This document shows, piece after piece, positions 28,211-37,880 of a stretch of DNA of 50,825 nt. The first letter of the stretch is position 1, and every line of letters begins with the position of its first letter. This DNA comes from Hyphomonas sp. (GTDB lineage Bacteria; Pseudomonadota; Alphaproteobacteria; Caulobacterales; Hyphomonadaceae): contig NZ_JBBEBT010000368.1 in the NCBI RefSeq assembly GCF_040882205.1, positions 1 through 50,825 of the forward strand, written 5' to 3'. The position numbers and the translations under genes were made by a program. The notes beneath the pieces were generated by a model. The model worked only from the letters and a program-made list of their open reading frames with translations. It did not search any database and was not told the DNA's origin.

Positions 28211-31200
28211 ATGGCAGACGATGGCAGCCCGGTGAACGGTCCGCGCAGCTCGGGCAACTCGGCGATGCTGGAAACGGCGTTCCTCTACGGGGGCTCGGCG
28301 CTCTGGATCGAACAGATGCAGGCCGCCTATGCGAAAGATCCCGCGTCGGTGCCGGAAAGCTGGCGCGCCTTCTTCGCTGACCTCGGCGACGACGCGGCCA
28401 GCGCCACCACCAATGCCAGGGGCGCCAGCTGGAAACGCCAGGGCTGGCCAATGCCCGCCCGCGACGAACAGGTCGCCGCCTTCGACGGCGACTGGGCGCT
28501 GCTGGAGCCGAAGCTGGAGAAAAAGATCAAGGCCGGCGCGCCTGCTGCTGCCCCGGTCGACATCTCCCGCGCCGTGACCGACTCGATCCGCGCGATCATG
28601 ATGATCCGCGCCTACCGGATGCGCGGCCACCTTGCGGCCAATCTCGATCCGCTGCGCCTCGACACGCCCGAGCACCAGCCCGAACTCGACCCTGCGACCT
28701 ATGGTTTCGGGCCCGGGGACATGGACCGCAGCGTTTTCATCGACGGCTATCTCGGCCTCGCGCATGCTACGCCGACGCAGATGCTGGACATCCTCAAGCG
28801 TACCTATTGCTCGACGCTCGGCATCGAGTTCATGCACATCTCTGACCCGGAAGAGAAATCCTGGCTGCAGGAGCGCATGGAAGGCCCCGACAAGGGCGTC
28901 GCCTTCACGCGCGAAGGCAAGCTGGCCATCCTCGGCAAGCTGATCGAAGCTGAAAGCTTCGAGCGCTTCCTGCACAAACGCTTCCCTGGCACCAAGCGCT
29001 TCGGCCTCGATGGCGGCGAAGCGGCAGTTCCGGCGCTGGAGCAGATCATCAAGCGCGGCGGCGCTCTCGGCGTCAACGAGATTGTCGTCGGCATGCCGCA
29101 CCGCGGCCGCCTTAATATGCTCGCGGCCGTGATGGGCAAGAGCTACGAAAAAATCTTCCATGAGTTCCAGGGCGGCTCCACGCAGGGTTCCGGAAGCTTC
29201 GGCTCGGGCGATGTGAAATACCACCTCGGCGCCTCGTCTGACCGGGAGTTCGACGGCAACACCGTCCACCTCACCATGAACGCCAACCCGTCGCACCTCG
29301 AGGCGGTCAATCCGGTCGTCCTCGGCCGCACGCGCGCCAAGCAGTTCACCGAGTCCCAGCAGACCGGCAAGCTCGACCGCTCTAAGAAACTCCCCCTCCT
29401 CCTGCACGGCGATGCCGCCTTCGCGGGGCAGGGCGTTGTGGCAGAATGTTTCGCGCTCTCGGGCCTGCAGGGCTACCGCACCGGCGGCACCATCCACTTC
29501 ATCGTCAACAACCAGATCGGCTTCACCACGAGCCCGATGTATTCGCGCTCCTCGCCGTATCCGTCGGATGTTGCGCTGATGGTCCAGGCGCCGATCTTCC
29601 ACATCAACGGCGACGATCCGGAAGCGGTGGTCTATGCCGCAAAGGTCGCCACCGAATACCGCCAGAAATTCTGCAAGGACGTTGTCATCGACATGTTCTG
29701 CTATCGCCGCTTCGGTAACAACGAAGGCGACGATCCGACGATGACCCAGCCGATCATGTACAAGGTGATTAAGGACCTGCCGTCGACGCGCGAAATATAT
29801 GGCAAGCGCCTCGTCGCCGAGGGCCTGCTCACCGCTGAACAGGTCGAGACGCAGGTCAAGGCGTTCGAGGGCTTCCTCGAACAGGCCTTCACTGCCGCGA
29901 AGGACCTCAAGACGAACAAGGCCGACTGGCTGGAAGGCCACTGGTCGGGCTTCAGCCTGCCGATTGATGATGACCGCCGCGGCAAGACCGGCGTGGCGAA
30001 AGCCAAGCTCAAGGAACTCGGCGATGCAATCACGCGCGTGCCGGAAGGTGTCGACATCCACAAGACGGTGGACCGCGTCCTCGCCCGCCGCCGCGAAAGC
30101 TACGAGACCGGCAAGGAGATCGACTGGGGCGGCGCGGAGCATCTGGCCTTCGCCAGCCTGCTCGACGAAGGCTTCCCGGTCCGCCTTTCCGGTCAGGATG
30201 TCGGGCGCGGCACCTTCGTGCAACGCCACAGCCATATGGTCGACCAGACCAACGGCGAGCGCCACACGCCGCTGAACCATATCCGCGAAGGCCAGGCGCC
30301 CTATGAGGTGATCGACTCGCTGCTCTCCGAGGAAGCCGTGCTCGGTTACGAGTATGGATACTCGCTCGCCGATCCGAACACGCTGACCCTCTGGGAGGCG
30401 CAGTTCGGAGACTTCTGCAACGGCGCGCAGGTCTATTTCGACCAGTTCATCTCGTCCGCCGAGCGCAAATGGCTGCGCATGTCGGGTCTCGTGATGCTGC
30501 TGCCGCATGGCTATGAAGGTCAGGGTCCGGAGCATTCCTCGGCCCGCCTTGAACGCTTCCTGCAGATGTGCGCGGAAGACAACATGCAGGTCTGCAACCT
30601 GACCACGCCGTCGAACTATTTCCACGCCCTGCGCCGCCAGATCCACCGCGAGTTCCGCAAGCCGCTGGTGATCATGACGCCGAAATCGCTGCTGCGCCAC
30701 AAGCTGGCTACCTCGACCATCGACGACATGAACGCCAAGTCGACCTTCCACCGCATCCTGTGGGACGATGCCGAAACGCCGGGGCGCGAGGGCGCTGTGA
30801 AGCTCGTCAAGGACAACAAGATACGCCGCGTCGTGCTTTGCTCGGGTAAGGTCTATTATGATCTTTTCGAAGCGCGGGAAGCGGCGGGTATGGACGATGT
30901 CTATCTCCTGCGCGTCGAGCAGTTCTACCCGGTGCCGCGCAAGTCGCTGGTCACCGAGCTGAAGCGCTTTACCCAGGCCGAGATCGTCTGGTGCCAGGAA
31001 GAGCCGCGCAACATGGGCGGCTGGACCTTCATCCGCGACGAGCTCGAATGGTGCGCCGGCCAGGCCGGCTATGCCCAGCCGCGCCCGAAATATTCGGGCC
31101 GTCCGCCCAGCGCCGCCACTGCCACTGGCCTCCTGTCGAAACATCAGGCCGAACAGGCTTCGCTCATCAAGATCGCGCTGTCGCCGGACCCGGTCGACGA

Positions 31201-31219
31201 CCGGATCCTGTCTGCCTGA
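28211..31219 (+). CDS. sucA: 2-oxoglutarate dehydrogenase E1
   Basis: KRFGLDG, GMPHRGRLN, GDVKYHLG, NPSHLE, HGDAAFAGQG, WEAQFGDF, PHGYEGQGPEHSS. Confidence 0.97.
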   Translation: MADDGSPVNGPRSSGNSAMLETAFLYGGSALWIEQMQAAYAKDPASVPESWRAFFADLGDDAASATTNARGASWKRQGWPMPARDEQVAAFDGDWALLEPKLEKKIKAGAPAAAPVDISRAVTDSIRAIMMIRAYRMRGHLAANLDPLRLDTPEHQPELDPATYGFGPGDMDRSVFIDGYLGLAHATPTQMLDILKRTYCSTLGIEFMHISDPEEKSWLQERMEGPDKGVAFTREGKLAILGKLIEAESFERFLHKRFPGTKRFGLDGGEAAVPALEQIIKRGGALGVNEIVVGMPHRGRLNMLAAVMGKSYEKIFHEFQGGSTQGSGSFGSGDVKYHLGASSDREFDGNTVHLTMNANPSHLEAVNPVVLGRTRAKQFTESQQTGKLDRSKKLPLLLHGDAAFAGQGVVAECFALSGLQGYRTGGTIHFIVNNQIGFTTSPMYSRSSPYPSDVALMVQAPIFHINGDDPEAVVYAAKVATEYRQKFCKDVVIDMFCYRRFGNNEGDDPTMTQPIMYKVIKDLPSTREIYGKRLVAEGLLTAEQVETQVKAFEGFLEQAFTAAKDLKTNKADWLEGHWSGFSLPIDDDRRGKTGVAKAKLKELGDAITRVPEGVDIHKTVDRVLARRRESYETGKEIDWGGAEHLAFASLLDEGFPVRLSGQDVGRGTFVQRHSHMVDQTNGERHTPLNHIREGQAPYEVIDSLLSEEAVLGYEYGYSLADPNTLTLWEAQFGDFCNGAQVYFDQFISSAERKWLRMSGLVMLLPHGYEGQGPEHSSARLERFLQMCAEDNMQVCNLTTPSNYFHALRRQIHREFRKPLVIMTPKSLLRHKLATSTIDDMNAKSTFHRILWDDAETPGREGAVKLVKDNKIRRVVLCSGKVYYDLFEAREAAGMDDVYLLRVEQFYPVPRKSLVTELKRFTQAEIVWCQEEPRNMGGWTFIRDELEWCAGQAGYAQPRPKYSGRPPSAATATGLLSKHQAEQASLIKIALSPDPVDDRILSA

Positions 31220-31251
31220 CCTCCTCCAGCAATCCCTCCGGACACTGACCA

Positions 31252-32790
31252 ATGACAGACATTGTTGTACCCACACTCGGCGAAAGCGTCACGGAAGCCA
31301 CCGTCGGCCGCTGGCTGAAGGCCACGGGTGACGCCGTGAAGAAGGACGACGTGCTCGTCGAACTGGAAACCGACAAGGTCTCGGTTGAAGTCTCGGCCAG
31401 CGAAGACGGCGTGCTGTCGGATATCTCCGTGCCGGAAGGCGAGACGGTCGGCATCGGCGCCCTCCTTGGGCGGATCAACGGGGCAGGGGCCGCTGCGGCG
31501 AAACCCGCGTCCGCTGCCAAGCCCGCCGCCGCTGCGCCCGCGTCCCCCGCTAAGCCCGCGCCCGCGCCGGTGGCAGTCCCAGCCGGCGGCGTCACTGATG
31601 TGAAAGTCCCGGTCATGGGCGAAAGCGTTGCCGAAGGCACGATTGCCTCCTTCTCCAAGAAGGTCGGCGAGAAGGTAAAGAAGGACGAGACCATCGCCGA
31701 GATCGAGACCGACAAGGTTGCGCTCGAAGTGCCGTCGCCCGCGGATGGCGTGATCATCGAACTGCTCGTCGAGCCGGGCGCCAGCGTCGCGCCGGGCGCG
31801 GTGATTGCGCGCATCGGCGCCTCGATGGCGGCGCCGGTGAAGGCCGCCGCCGAAGCCGCGCCCGCGAAAACTGTCTCCGCCCCGGCCGCGCCCGGTGCCA
31901 GCGGAACCGGCGAGCGCCCGGTCGCTCCGTCCGTGCGCCGCATCGCTGCCGAGGCGAATGTCGATCCCTCCGGCATCGCGGGCTCGGGCCGTGATGGCCG
32001 CGCCACCAAAGCCGATGCCCTTGCTTACGTGAACCAGCCGAAAGTCCCCAGTATGCCCGATACCCAGGCCCGCCCGCCCCGCGAAACCGGTCCGCGTGAA
32101 GAACGTGTACGGATGACCCGCCTGCGCCAGACCATCGCCCGCCGCCTGAAGGAAGCTCAGGATACGGCTGCGATGCTCACCACGTTCAATGATGTCGACA
32201 TGTCGGCCATCATGGACCTGCGCAAGAAACACCAGGACGCCTTCGTCGCCCGCCACGGCATCAAGCTCGGCTTCATGGGCTTCTTCGTGAAAGCGGTCAC
32301 CAGCGCGCTGAAGGAAGTGCCCGCCGTCAATGCTGAGATCGACGGCCAGGATGTCATCTACAAGAACTACTATGACATCGGCGTAGCTGTCGGAACCGAG
32401 AAGGGCCTCGTCGTACCGGTTGTTCGGGGTACGGATGAAATGTCCTTAGCCGATATCGAGAAGGCCATTGCCGGCCTCGGCAAGAAGGCCCGCGATGGCC
32501 AGCTGACCATCGGCGACCTGCAGGGCGGCACTTTCACCATCTCCAATGGCGGTATCTACGGCTCGCTGATGTCCACGCCGATCCTCAACCCGCCGCAATC
32601 TGGCGTGCTCGGCATGCACCGTATCGAAGACCGCCCGATCGTGCGCAATGGCCAGATCGTTATCAAGCCGATGATGTACCTTGCCCTCAGCTACGACCAC
32701 CGCATCGTCGATGGCAAGGAAGCCGTCACCTTCCTCGTCCGCGTCAAGGACGCTCTGGAAGATCCGGAACGGATGCTGCTGGAAGTCTAG
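31252..32790 (+). CDS. sucB: Dihydrolipoamide succinyltransferase E2 (two lipoyl domains)
   Basis: Two ETDKV lipoyl motifs, E3-binding domain ([10 protein letters not shown]), [10 protein letters not shown]. Confidence 0.97.
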   Translation: MTDIVVPTLGESVTEATVGRWLKATGDAVKKDDVLVELETDKVSVEVSASEDGVLSDISVPEGETVGIGALLGRINGAGAAAAKPASAAKPAAAAPASPAKPAPAPVAVPAGGVTDVKVPVMGESVAEGTIASFSKKVGEKVKKDETIAEIETDKVALEVPSPADGVIIELLVEPGASVAPGAVIARIGASMAAPVKAAAEAAPAKTVSAPAAPGASGTGERPVAPSVRRIAAEANVDPSGIAGSGRDGRATKADALAYVNQPKVPSMPDTQARPPRETGPREERVRMTRLRQTIARRLKEAQDTAAMLTTFNDVDMSAIMDLRKKHQDAFVARHGIKLGFMGFFVKAVTSALKEVPAVNAEIDGQDVIYKNYYDIGVAVGTEKGLVVPVVRGTDEMSLADIEKAIAGLGKKARDGQLTIGDLQGGTFTISNGGIYGSLMSTPILNPPQSGVLGMHRIEDRPIVRNGQIVIKPMMYLALSYDHRIVDGKEAVTFLVRVKDALEDPERMLLEV

Positions 32791-32805
32791 GGCCCATGAT
32801 TTCTG

Positions 32806-32855
32806 GAGGGAGCTGCGCTGTAGGGTCACTTCAGAGCAGCTCCCTCTTGTATTTT
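32806..32855 (+). terminator. Probable intrinsic terminator after sucB
   Basis: GAGGGAGCTGC (32806-32816) pairs with GCAGCTCCCTC (32836-32846), followed by TTGTATTTT. Confidence 0.65.
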
Positions 32856-32907
32856 CCGCGGAACGCCAGACCTTAGGCGCCAGAGCGATCAACGCGGGAG
32901 AAGCAAG

Positions 32908-33786
32908 ATGACCGATCAGGAATACGTACCGCCCAAGGTCTGGATCTGGAACAAGGAAAGCGGCGGGCGCTTTGCGGCGATCAACCGCCCCATCGCCGGC
33001 CCGACCCATGACGAGGACCTGCAGGTCGGCAAGCACCCGCTGCAGCTCTACTCTCTCGGCACGCCGAACGGCGTGAAGGTCACGATCCTGCTCGAGGAGC
33101 TCCTCGCACTCGGCCACAAGGGCGCCGAATATGATGCCTGGTTGATCAATATCGGCGAGGGCACGCAGTTCTCGTCCGGCTTCGTGTCCGCCAATCCGAA
33201 TTCTAAGATTCCGGCCCTGATGGACCATTCGGTCAGCCCGCCGCAGCGCGTCTTCGAGTCCGCCTCGATCCTGCTTTACCTCGCCGAAAAGTTCGGGCAA
33301 TTCCTGCCGAAGGATCCGCGCAAGCGCACCGAAGCGCTCTCCTGGCTGTTCTGGCAGATGGGCTCGGCGCCATTCCTCGGCGGTGGCTTCGGCCACTTCT
33401 ATGCCTATGCCCCCACTAAGATCGAATACGCGATCGACCGCTATGCGATGGAAGTGAAACGCCAGCTCGACGTGCTCGACCGCCACCTCGCCGAAAATGA
33501 GTACATGGCGGGCGATGAATACTCGATCGCCGACATGGCGATCTGGCCCTGGTATGGCGCCGTCGTGCTCGGCGTCGTGTACAATGCGGGTGAGTTCCTG
33601 TCGGTCCAAGAATACAAAAACGTCCTTCGCTGGACCAGACAGATCGGCGAACGCCCTGCGGTGAAGCGCGGCCGGATGGTCAACTCGACCAACGGCAAGC
33701 CCGAGAACCAGCTGCGCGAACGCCACGATGCCAGCGATTTCGAGACGAAAACGCAGGACAAGCTCGAAGCACAGTCAGGATCCTGA
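32908..33786 (+). CDS. yghU: Glutathione-dependent disulfide-bond oxidoreductase YghU (GST nu class)
   Basis: YVPPKVW..INRPIAG..QLYSLGTPNGVKV..NPNSKIPAL..FESASILLYLAEKFG..ERHDASDF. Confidence 0.92.
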   Translation: MTDQEYVPPKVWIWNKESGGRFAAINRPIAGPTHDEDLQVGKHPLQLYSLGTPNGVKVTILLEELLALGHKGAEYDAWLINIGEGTQFSSGFVSANPNSKIPALMDHSVSPPQRVFESASILLYLAEKFGQFLPKDPRKRTEALSWLFWQMGSAPFLGGGFGHFYAYAPTKIEYAIDRYAMEVKRQLDVLDRHLAENEYMAGDEYSIADMAIWPWYGAVVLGVVYNAGEFLSVQEYKNVLRWTRQIGERPAVKRGRMVNSTNGKPENQLRERHDASDFETKTQDKLEAQSGS

Positions 33787-33788
33787 CC

Positions 33789-34757
33789 CTGTTCGGCTTG
33801 TTCAATAAGAACGCGCCCGCCTTTGATGTGGCGGAAGGTAATGCCTTTGTTTCGAAGGGCCTGACGCTTCTGCAAGCTGGCAACGGCGCTGCCCTTGGCA
33901 GGCTCTATGCCGGTCTGCACCCGGCTGACCGTGTGCACTTTCTCGATGGCCTCGGTCTTCTGAGCGATATTGGAGCCGCTGTGCCAGCGAGGGCCGGCCA
34001 CCCGTCGCTGGCCGCCATTGAGGGCGGCTTGCGATACGTCTGGGCACACCGCCTGCGCGGCTTCGCGACGGCGGACCAGACGAGCGACGCCCAGGCCTTC
34101 AATATGTACGACATGGCGGACGAGGCACACGCGGCGCTGGACGAGGCGGCACGCCTCACGCCGCAGGACAGCGCGGTGCATGCCTTCCGCATACGTGCAG
34201 AAATGCTCGCTCGCGGCGTTGAGGGCGGCGTCGAGGCGGCTTTTCGCGATCTGGACGCGGCCGGCGAACCCAATGTCCTCGCAGGCCTCGCCCGGCTGAA
34301 CTATCTGGCGCCGAAATGGCATGGCAGCGTGGACGAGATGCACGCCTTTGCCGATGCCGCGATCGCGCGGGCACCGAACGCAGCCTTCCTCGCTCTGAAG
34401 GCGCGGGCCTGCATCGAGGAATGGCTCTACGAAAGCGGCATGAACGAGGCGCCGGGGTCCGCCGCGGCGCTCAAGGCAAAATCGGCCACACCGGCTTTCC
34501 GGCAATCGCTGGCCGATCTCGATGACCGCTTCCTCGAGCTCCTGAAAACCGGCCCCGCACTCTCCGCCGCCGAAGCCCATTTTGCCCGCAACCAGTTCGC
34601 CGTCCTGTTCGTCGCTTTTGTTGACCGTCCGCGTCTGAAGCACCACCTCACCGGCCTTGCGGCGCCCGCGGCCGTTCCGTGGGGCTACTTCGCCGGGGGT
34701 AATGTGCCGCGATTTCTGGCGAAGCTGCACAAGGAACTGGGCCTCCCGAAGCGGTAG
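33789..34757 (+). CDS. Hypothetical helical protein, DUF4034-like
   Basis: WAHRLRG..A, LNYLAPKWHGSVDEMHAFA and VPWGY motifs; start CTG 33789 (AGGA RBS) or TTG 33798. Confidence 0.65.
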   Translation: MFGLFNKNAPAFDVAEGNAFVSKGLTLLQAGNGAALGRLYAGLHPADRVHFLDGLGLLSDIGAAVPARAGHPSLAAIEGGLRYVWAHRLRGFATADQTSDAQAFNMYDMADEAHAALDEAARLTPQDSAVHAFRIRAEMLARGVEGGVEAAFRDLDAAGEPNVLAGLARLNYLAPKWHGSVDEMHAFADAAIARAPNAAFLALKARACIEEWLYESGMNEAPGSAAALKAKSATPAFRQSLADLDDRFLELLKTGPALSAAEAHFARNQFAVLFVAFVDRPRLKHHLTGLAAPAAVPWGYFAGGNVPRFLAKLHKELGLPKR

Positions 34758-34846
34758 GCCCCTGCGCTGCGGCGACGCGCCCTGTCCCTTGCGCGGGGCG
34801 CGCCGCCTATATAACCCGGCAGAACGGCAAAAGAGGCGGCAGCCCC

Positions 34847-35191
34847 ATGACGACTTATACCAGCGACGAGCGCCGCCATACGGCCGAGACCGCCGCGTCG
34901 ATGACCGATGTGCGCTACGAGATCGACCGGATTGACCGGCTGCTGGTCGAAATCATCGCCGAGCGCCAGTCCTTCATGGACGCCGCTGCGCGCATCAAGG
35001 GCGACCGGAACATCGTGCACGACCGTGCCCGGATCGAGGATGTGGTCGCCAAGGTGAAGGCCGAATGCCCGAAGCATGGCCTGTCGCCGGCGATTGCCGA
35101 GCCGGTCTGGCGCACGATGATCGATCGCTGCATCGCCTATGAATTTGCGAGCTGTGACGCGCTGCGCTTGCCAATCAAGGTCAAGTCGTAG
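34847..35191 (+). CDS. Chorismate mutase type II (AroQ/PchB-like)
   Basis: MTDVRYEIDRIDRLLVEIIAERQSFMDAAARIK..D.ARIEDVV. Confidence 0.88.
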   Translation: MTTYTSDERRHTAETAASMTDVRYEIDRIDRLLVEIIAERQSFMDAAARIKGDRNIVHDRARIEDVVAKVKAECPKHGLSPAIAEPVWRTMIDRCIAYEFASCDALRLPIKVKS

Positions 35192-35541
35192 GCGGCCCGG
35201 GCGGCTGCTTCCAGGGCTTCGCCGAGCGCGTCTTTGACGTCTCCCAGCAGAACCGCCGCATGGGCGGTGCTTGGCGCGGCCTCGCCGCGACCCGCCTTTT
35301 CGGCCCGCTCGCAGGCTGCGGCGAGTTTCAGCGCGCCGATGCCAAGGCTGGCGCCTTTCAGCGTATGTGCTGCGTCGGACCATTCGCGCGCTTCCAGCCT
35401 CGGGTCCAGCAGGCGCGACCAGAGCTGCGCCTGGTGCTGGAAAATCTCGATCACTTCGATGCCGAGTTCAGCATCGCCGCTGGTCATCGCGGCAAGATGG
35501 TCGAGGTCCATCACCGGCAGGGAAGGGCGGGGCTCGGTCAT
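35137..35541 (-). CDS. shpA: Hpt phosphotransfer protein, ShpA-like
   Basis: DLDHLAAMTSGD..EVIEIF..QA.LW..LDP..W.DAAHTLKGASLGIGA..C; AGGAG RBS; resembles Caulobacter ShpA. Confidence 0.78.
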   Translation of the reverse strand: MTEPRPSLPVMDLDHLAAMTSGDAELGIEVIEIFQHQAQLWSRLLDPRLEAREWSDAAHTLKGASLGIGALKLAAACERAEKAGRGEAAPSTAHAAVLLGDVKDALGEALEAAARAAYDLTLIGKRSASQLANS

Positions 35542-35582
35542 CTGTCGGGTCTCCTGTGCCCCGAAAGCCTGACCGGAGCCCG

Positions 35583-35598
35583 TTAGCATCCTGTTAAC
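35583..35598. promoter_or_regulatory. Near-consensus CtrA box
   Basis: TTAG-CATCCTG-TTAAC, one mismatch to TTAA-N7-TTAAC, about 40 nt upstream of the Hpt gene. Confidence 0.55.
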
Positions 35599-35714
35599 GA
35601 TGCGTTTGGCGCAAAAAATTCACGTTTCATCGATTGTCGAAAAGGTTCAATTCTGATATTTTCCCTTTCTAGGTCCGGTGGGCGTCTGGAGCCTTTTTTC
35701 GTGGGGACTGCGTG

Positions 35715-35846
35715 ATGACCGACCTGCTCATCCTGATCCGTAATCTCGTTCTGGCGACGATTCTCGCCTGGCTCGGGATTGAGTTCGCCCCCGAGCGTGA
35801 AGAGAAACCGGCGAAAGATTCCGTTGTCATCGCCCTTCTCGGCTGA
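35715..35846 (+). CDS. 43-aa small membrane protein (absent from the ORF track)
   Basis: MTDLLILIRNLVLATILAWLGIEFAPEREEKPAKDSVVIALLG*; GGGGA RBS; host-like codon usage; one TM helix. Confidence 0.65.
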   Translation: MTDLLILIRNLVLATILAWLGIEFAPEREEKPAKDSVVIALLG

Positions 35847-35923
35847 CGAACCCTGCAAAGGCTTAACCTTGAATCGTGCATTCTGCCCTCGCGGCAGCAC
35901 GCAAGGCGCGTTATACAGTGAAC

Positions 35924-37822
35924 ATGACAGAAGCTTCCTCCGTGCGCCCATCGGGCCGGGACGACCTTGTGCGTCACCAGGCTTCTCAAAACTTTGAGAT
36001 GGCGCAGACCGGTGGCGGATGGATGGTGACGACCGCCGTCGTGGTTGCGCTTCTCTGGATCGCCGGCATGGTTCTCGGCTTCCTTGGGCTTGGCGGCATG
36101 GCGCTGACCGAGCAGGTTTCGCCGCTGCTCGTGGCAGCGGGCGCGATCGCCGCACTGATGCCCGCTTTCCTCATCATCATGGCCGGCTTCATGGGCCGCT
36201 CCAGCCGCCGCGCGTCCGCTGCCAATGCGCTGGTGCTGGAAGCCACTTCGCGCCTGATGGCCCCGGCGCGCGAAGCGGGCACCGAGGGCATCACCTTTGC
36301 CGAGCAGATGAAACAGGCGGCGGCCGAAGTCGACCGCTCGATGGCGCAGGCGCTGACCGCGATGAAGGCGATGGGCGGCGAGATCGGCGATGAACGCCTG
36401 CGCCTCGAGTCCGTTTCCTACGCGACCTCCGACAATGCACGCGACCTTGCGACCCGGCTCGCGGCGGAGCGGCACGCGCTGGAAGCGCTCGCCCGCGAAC
36501 TGCGCAGCCAGATCAGCACGATGAGCGAGGCGATCCCGCGCCAGGCCCAGATGATGATTTCTGCCGCCCGCCAGGCGAGCGACGAAGTCGGCCGCGCCGA
36601 TACCGCGCTCGAGAACCGGCTGGGATCGATGGCACGCGCCGGAGAAGATCTCTCGCGCCGCCTGGAAGCGCTCGACGGCCTCGCCCGCGAAGCGGCGACG
36701 CGGACCGAGGCGCTGACCTTCTCGATCACGCGTATCGAGGATAAGCTCGAACAATCCCGCCGCACGGTGGACGCCGCCGTGCGCGCCAGTGAAGTCGCCG
36801 CAGCCGCCGCCACAACCACCGGTGATGCGCTGAAGGGCGCTGTCGCCTCGGCCCTTGATGGCGCACGCCAGGCGAATGCCGAAATCAATTCCGCGACCCG
36901 CAACGCCGCCGAAGAAGCCGCTCGCGCGCTGGCCCGGCTGCGCGAAGCGGGCGAACAGGCGGCCTATGCGCTGCGCACGGCAAGCTATGCCGCGCGGATC
37001 GAAGGCGAAAACCTTGAACGCACGACCGGCATCCGCGCGCCGGAGCCGCAACCTCTGGCCGCTCCGCCGGTGCGCCAGAGCCTTTCTGCGCCGCAAGCTC
37101 CGCACACGAACGGTCATGCCGGCAATGGCCGCGCCCCGAACGGGCATGCGACTGGTCACCCCCCGTCCTATGCGAACGGGAATGGCGGGATGCAGGCCGG
37201 CCGCGCCTCGATGGACGATGATCTTTTTGAGGCGAGCGCCGATGCGGTGATTGCCGCCAGCCTGACGCAGGCGCCGTCCGCGCTGCCGCTGGTGCTTGGC
37301 CGGGACATGACTTCGCGGGACGGAGAGCCGCTGATGCTGCGCCGGCGCCATGAAGATTCGCAGGCCGCACCGGAGCTGGCGCGCCGCCGCGCCAGCGACC
37401 AGCTGCCGGGTCCCTCCGGCAAAGGCTCGGCGCTGCGCGATATCATTTCCGACATTTCGCGCGAGGAAGCCGGCACGATGCCGGATGACCGCGAGCAGGT
37501 CGCCGAGGCTCTGGTCTCGCGCCTGCAGACGTCCGGCATCCCGCTCGCTGATGTGTTTCGGCCGCGCTCGAAAAAGAGGATCGCCGCCGCCAGTCTGAAG
37601 GGCGAAGAGGCGCGGCGCGAAGCGACCCGCGACCAGGCCGGCAAGGAAGTCGAACGTGTCTCGCACCGTCTGCGCGGCGATGTGCGGCTGATGGACATGG
37701 CCAGCCAGTTCGCCGTGATGGAACAGGCCGACGCGCTCGCCGCGCTGGATCAGACGCAGAGCACAAGCCGCAACGCAAGTGCGCGGCTGGCGGCGTTCCT
37801 GCTGGTGGATGCCGCGCTATAA
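35924..37822 (+). CDS. tipN: TipN-like polar landmark protein
   Basis: Two N-terminal TM helices, then RLMAPA, a long Ala/Arg/Glu coiled coil, a disordered linker and a C-terminal domain ending AFLLVDAAL, as in TipN-type proteins. Confidence 0.68.
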   Translation: MTEASSVRPSGRDDLVRHQASQNFEMAQTGGGWMVTTAVVVALLWIAGMVLGFLGLGGMALTEQVSPLLVAAGAIAALMPAFLIIMAGFMGRSSRRASAANALVLEATSRLMAPAREAGTEGITFAEQMKQAAAEVDRSMAQALTAMKAMGGEIGDERLRLESVSYATSDNARDLATRLAAERHALEALARELRSQISTMSEAIPRQAQMMISAARQASDEVGRADTALENRLGSMARAGEDLSRRLEALDGLAREAATRTEALTFSITRIEDKLEQSRRTVDAAVRASEVAAAAATTTGDALKGAVASALDGARQANAEINSATRNAAEEAARALARLREAGEQAAYALRTASYAARIEGENLERTTGIRAPEPQPLAAPPVRQSLSAPQAPHTNGHAGNGRAPNGHATGHPPSYANGNGGMQAGRASMDDDLFEASADAVIAASLTQAPSALPLVLGRDMTSRDGEPLMLRRRHEDSQAAPELARRRASDQLPGPSGKGSALRDIISDISREEAGTMPDDREQVAEALVSRLQTSGIPLADVFRPRSKKRIAAASLKGEEARREATRDQAGKEVERVSHRLRGDVRLMDMASQFAVMEQADALAALDQTQSTSRNASARLAAFLLVDAAL

Positions 37823-37880
37823 GCGACGGGCATATCGTGTACCCGCCTGACCGGATAACTGCGAATTTGCCCGCGATCGA

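Noticed and set aside
31490-31580. Repetitive GCC/CCC tracts in sucB
   Set aside because: They encode ordinary Ala/Pro/Lys linkers; not a CRISPR array or DNA repeat
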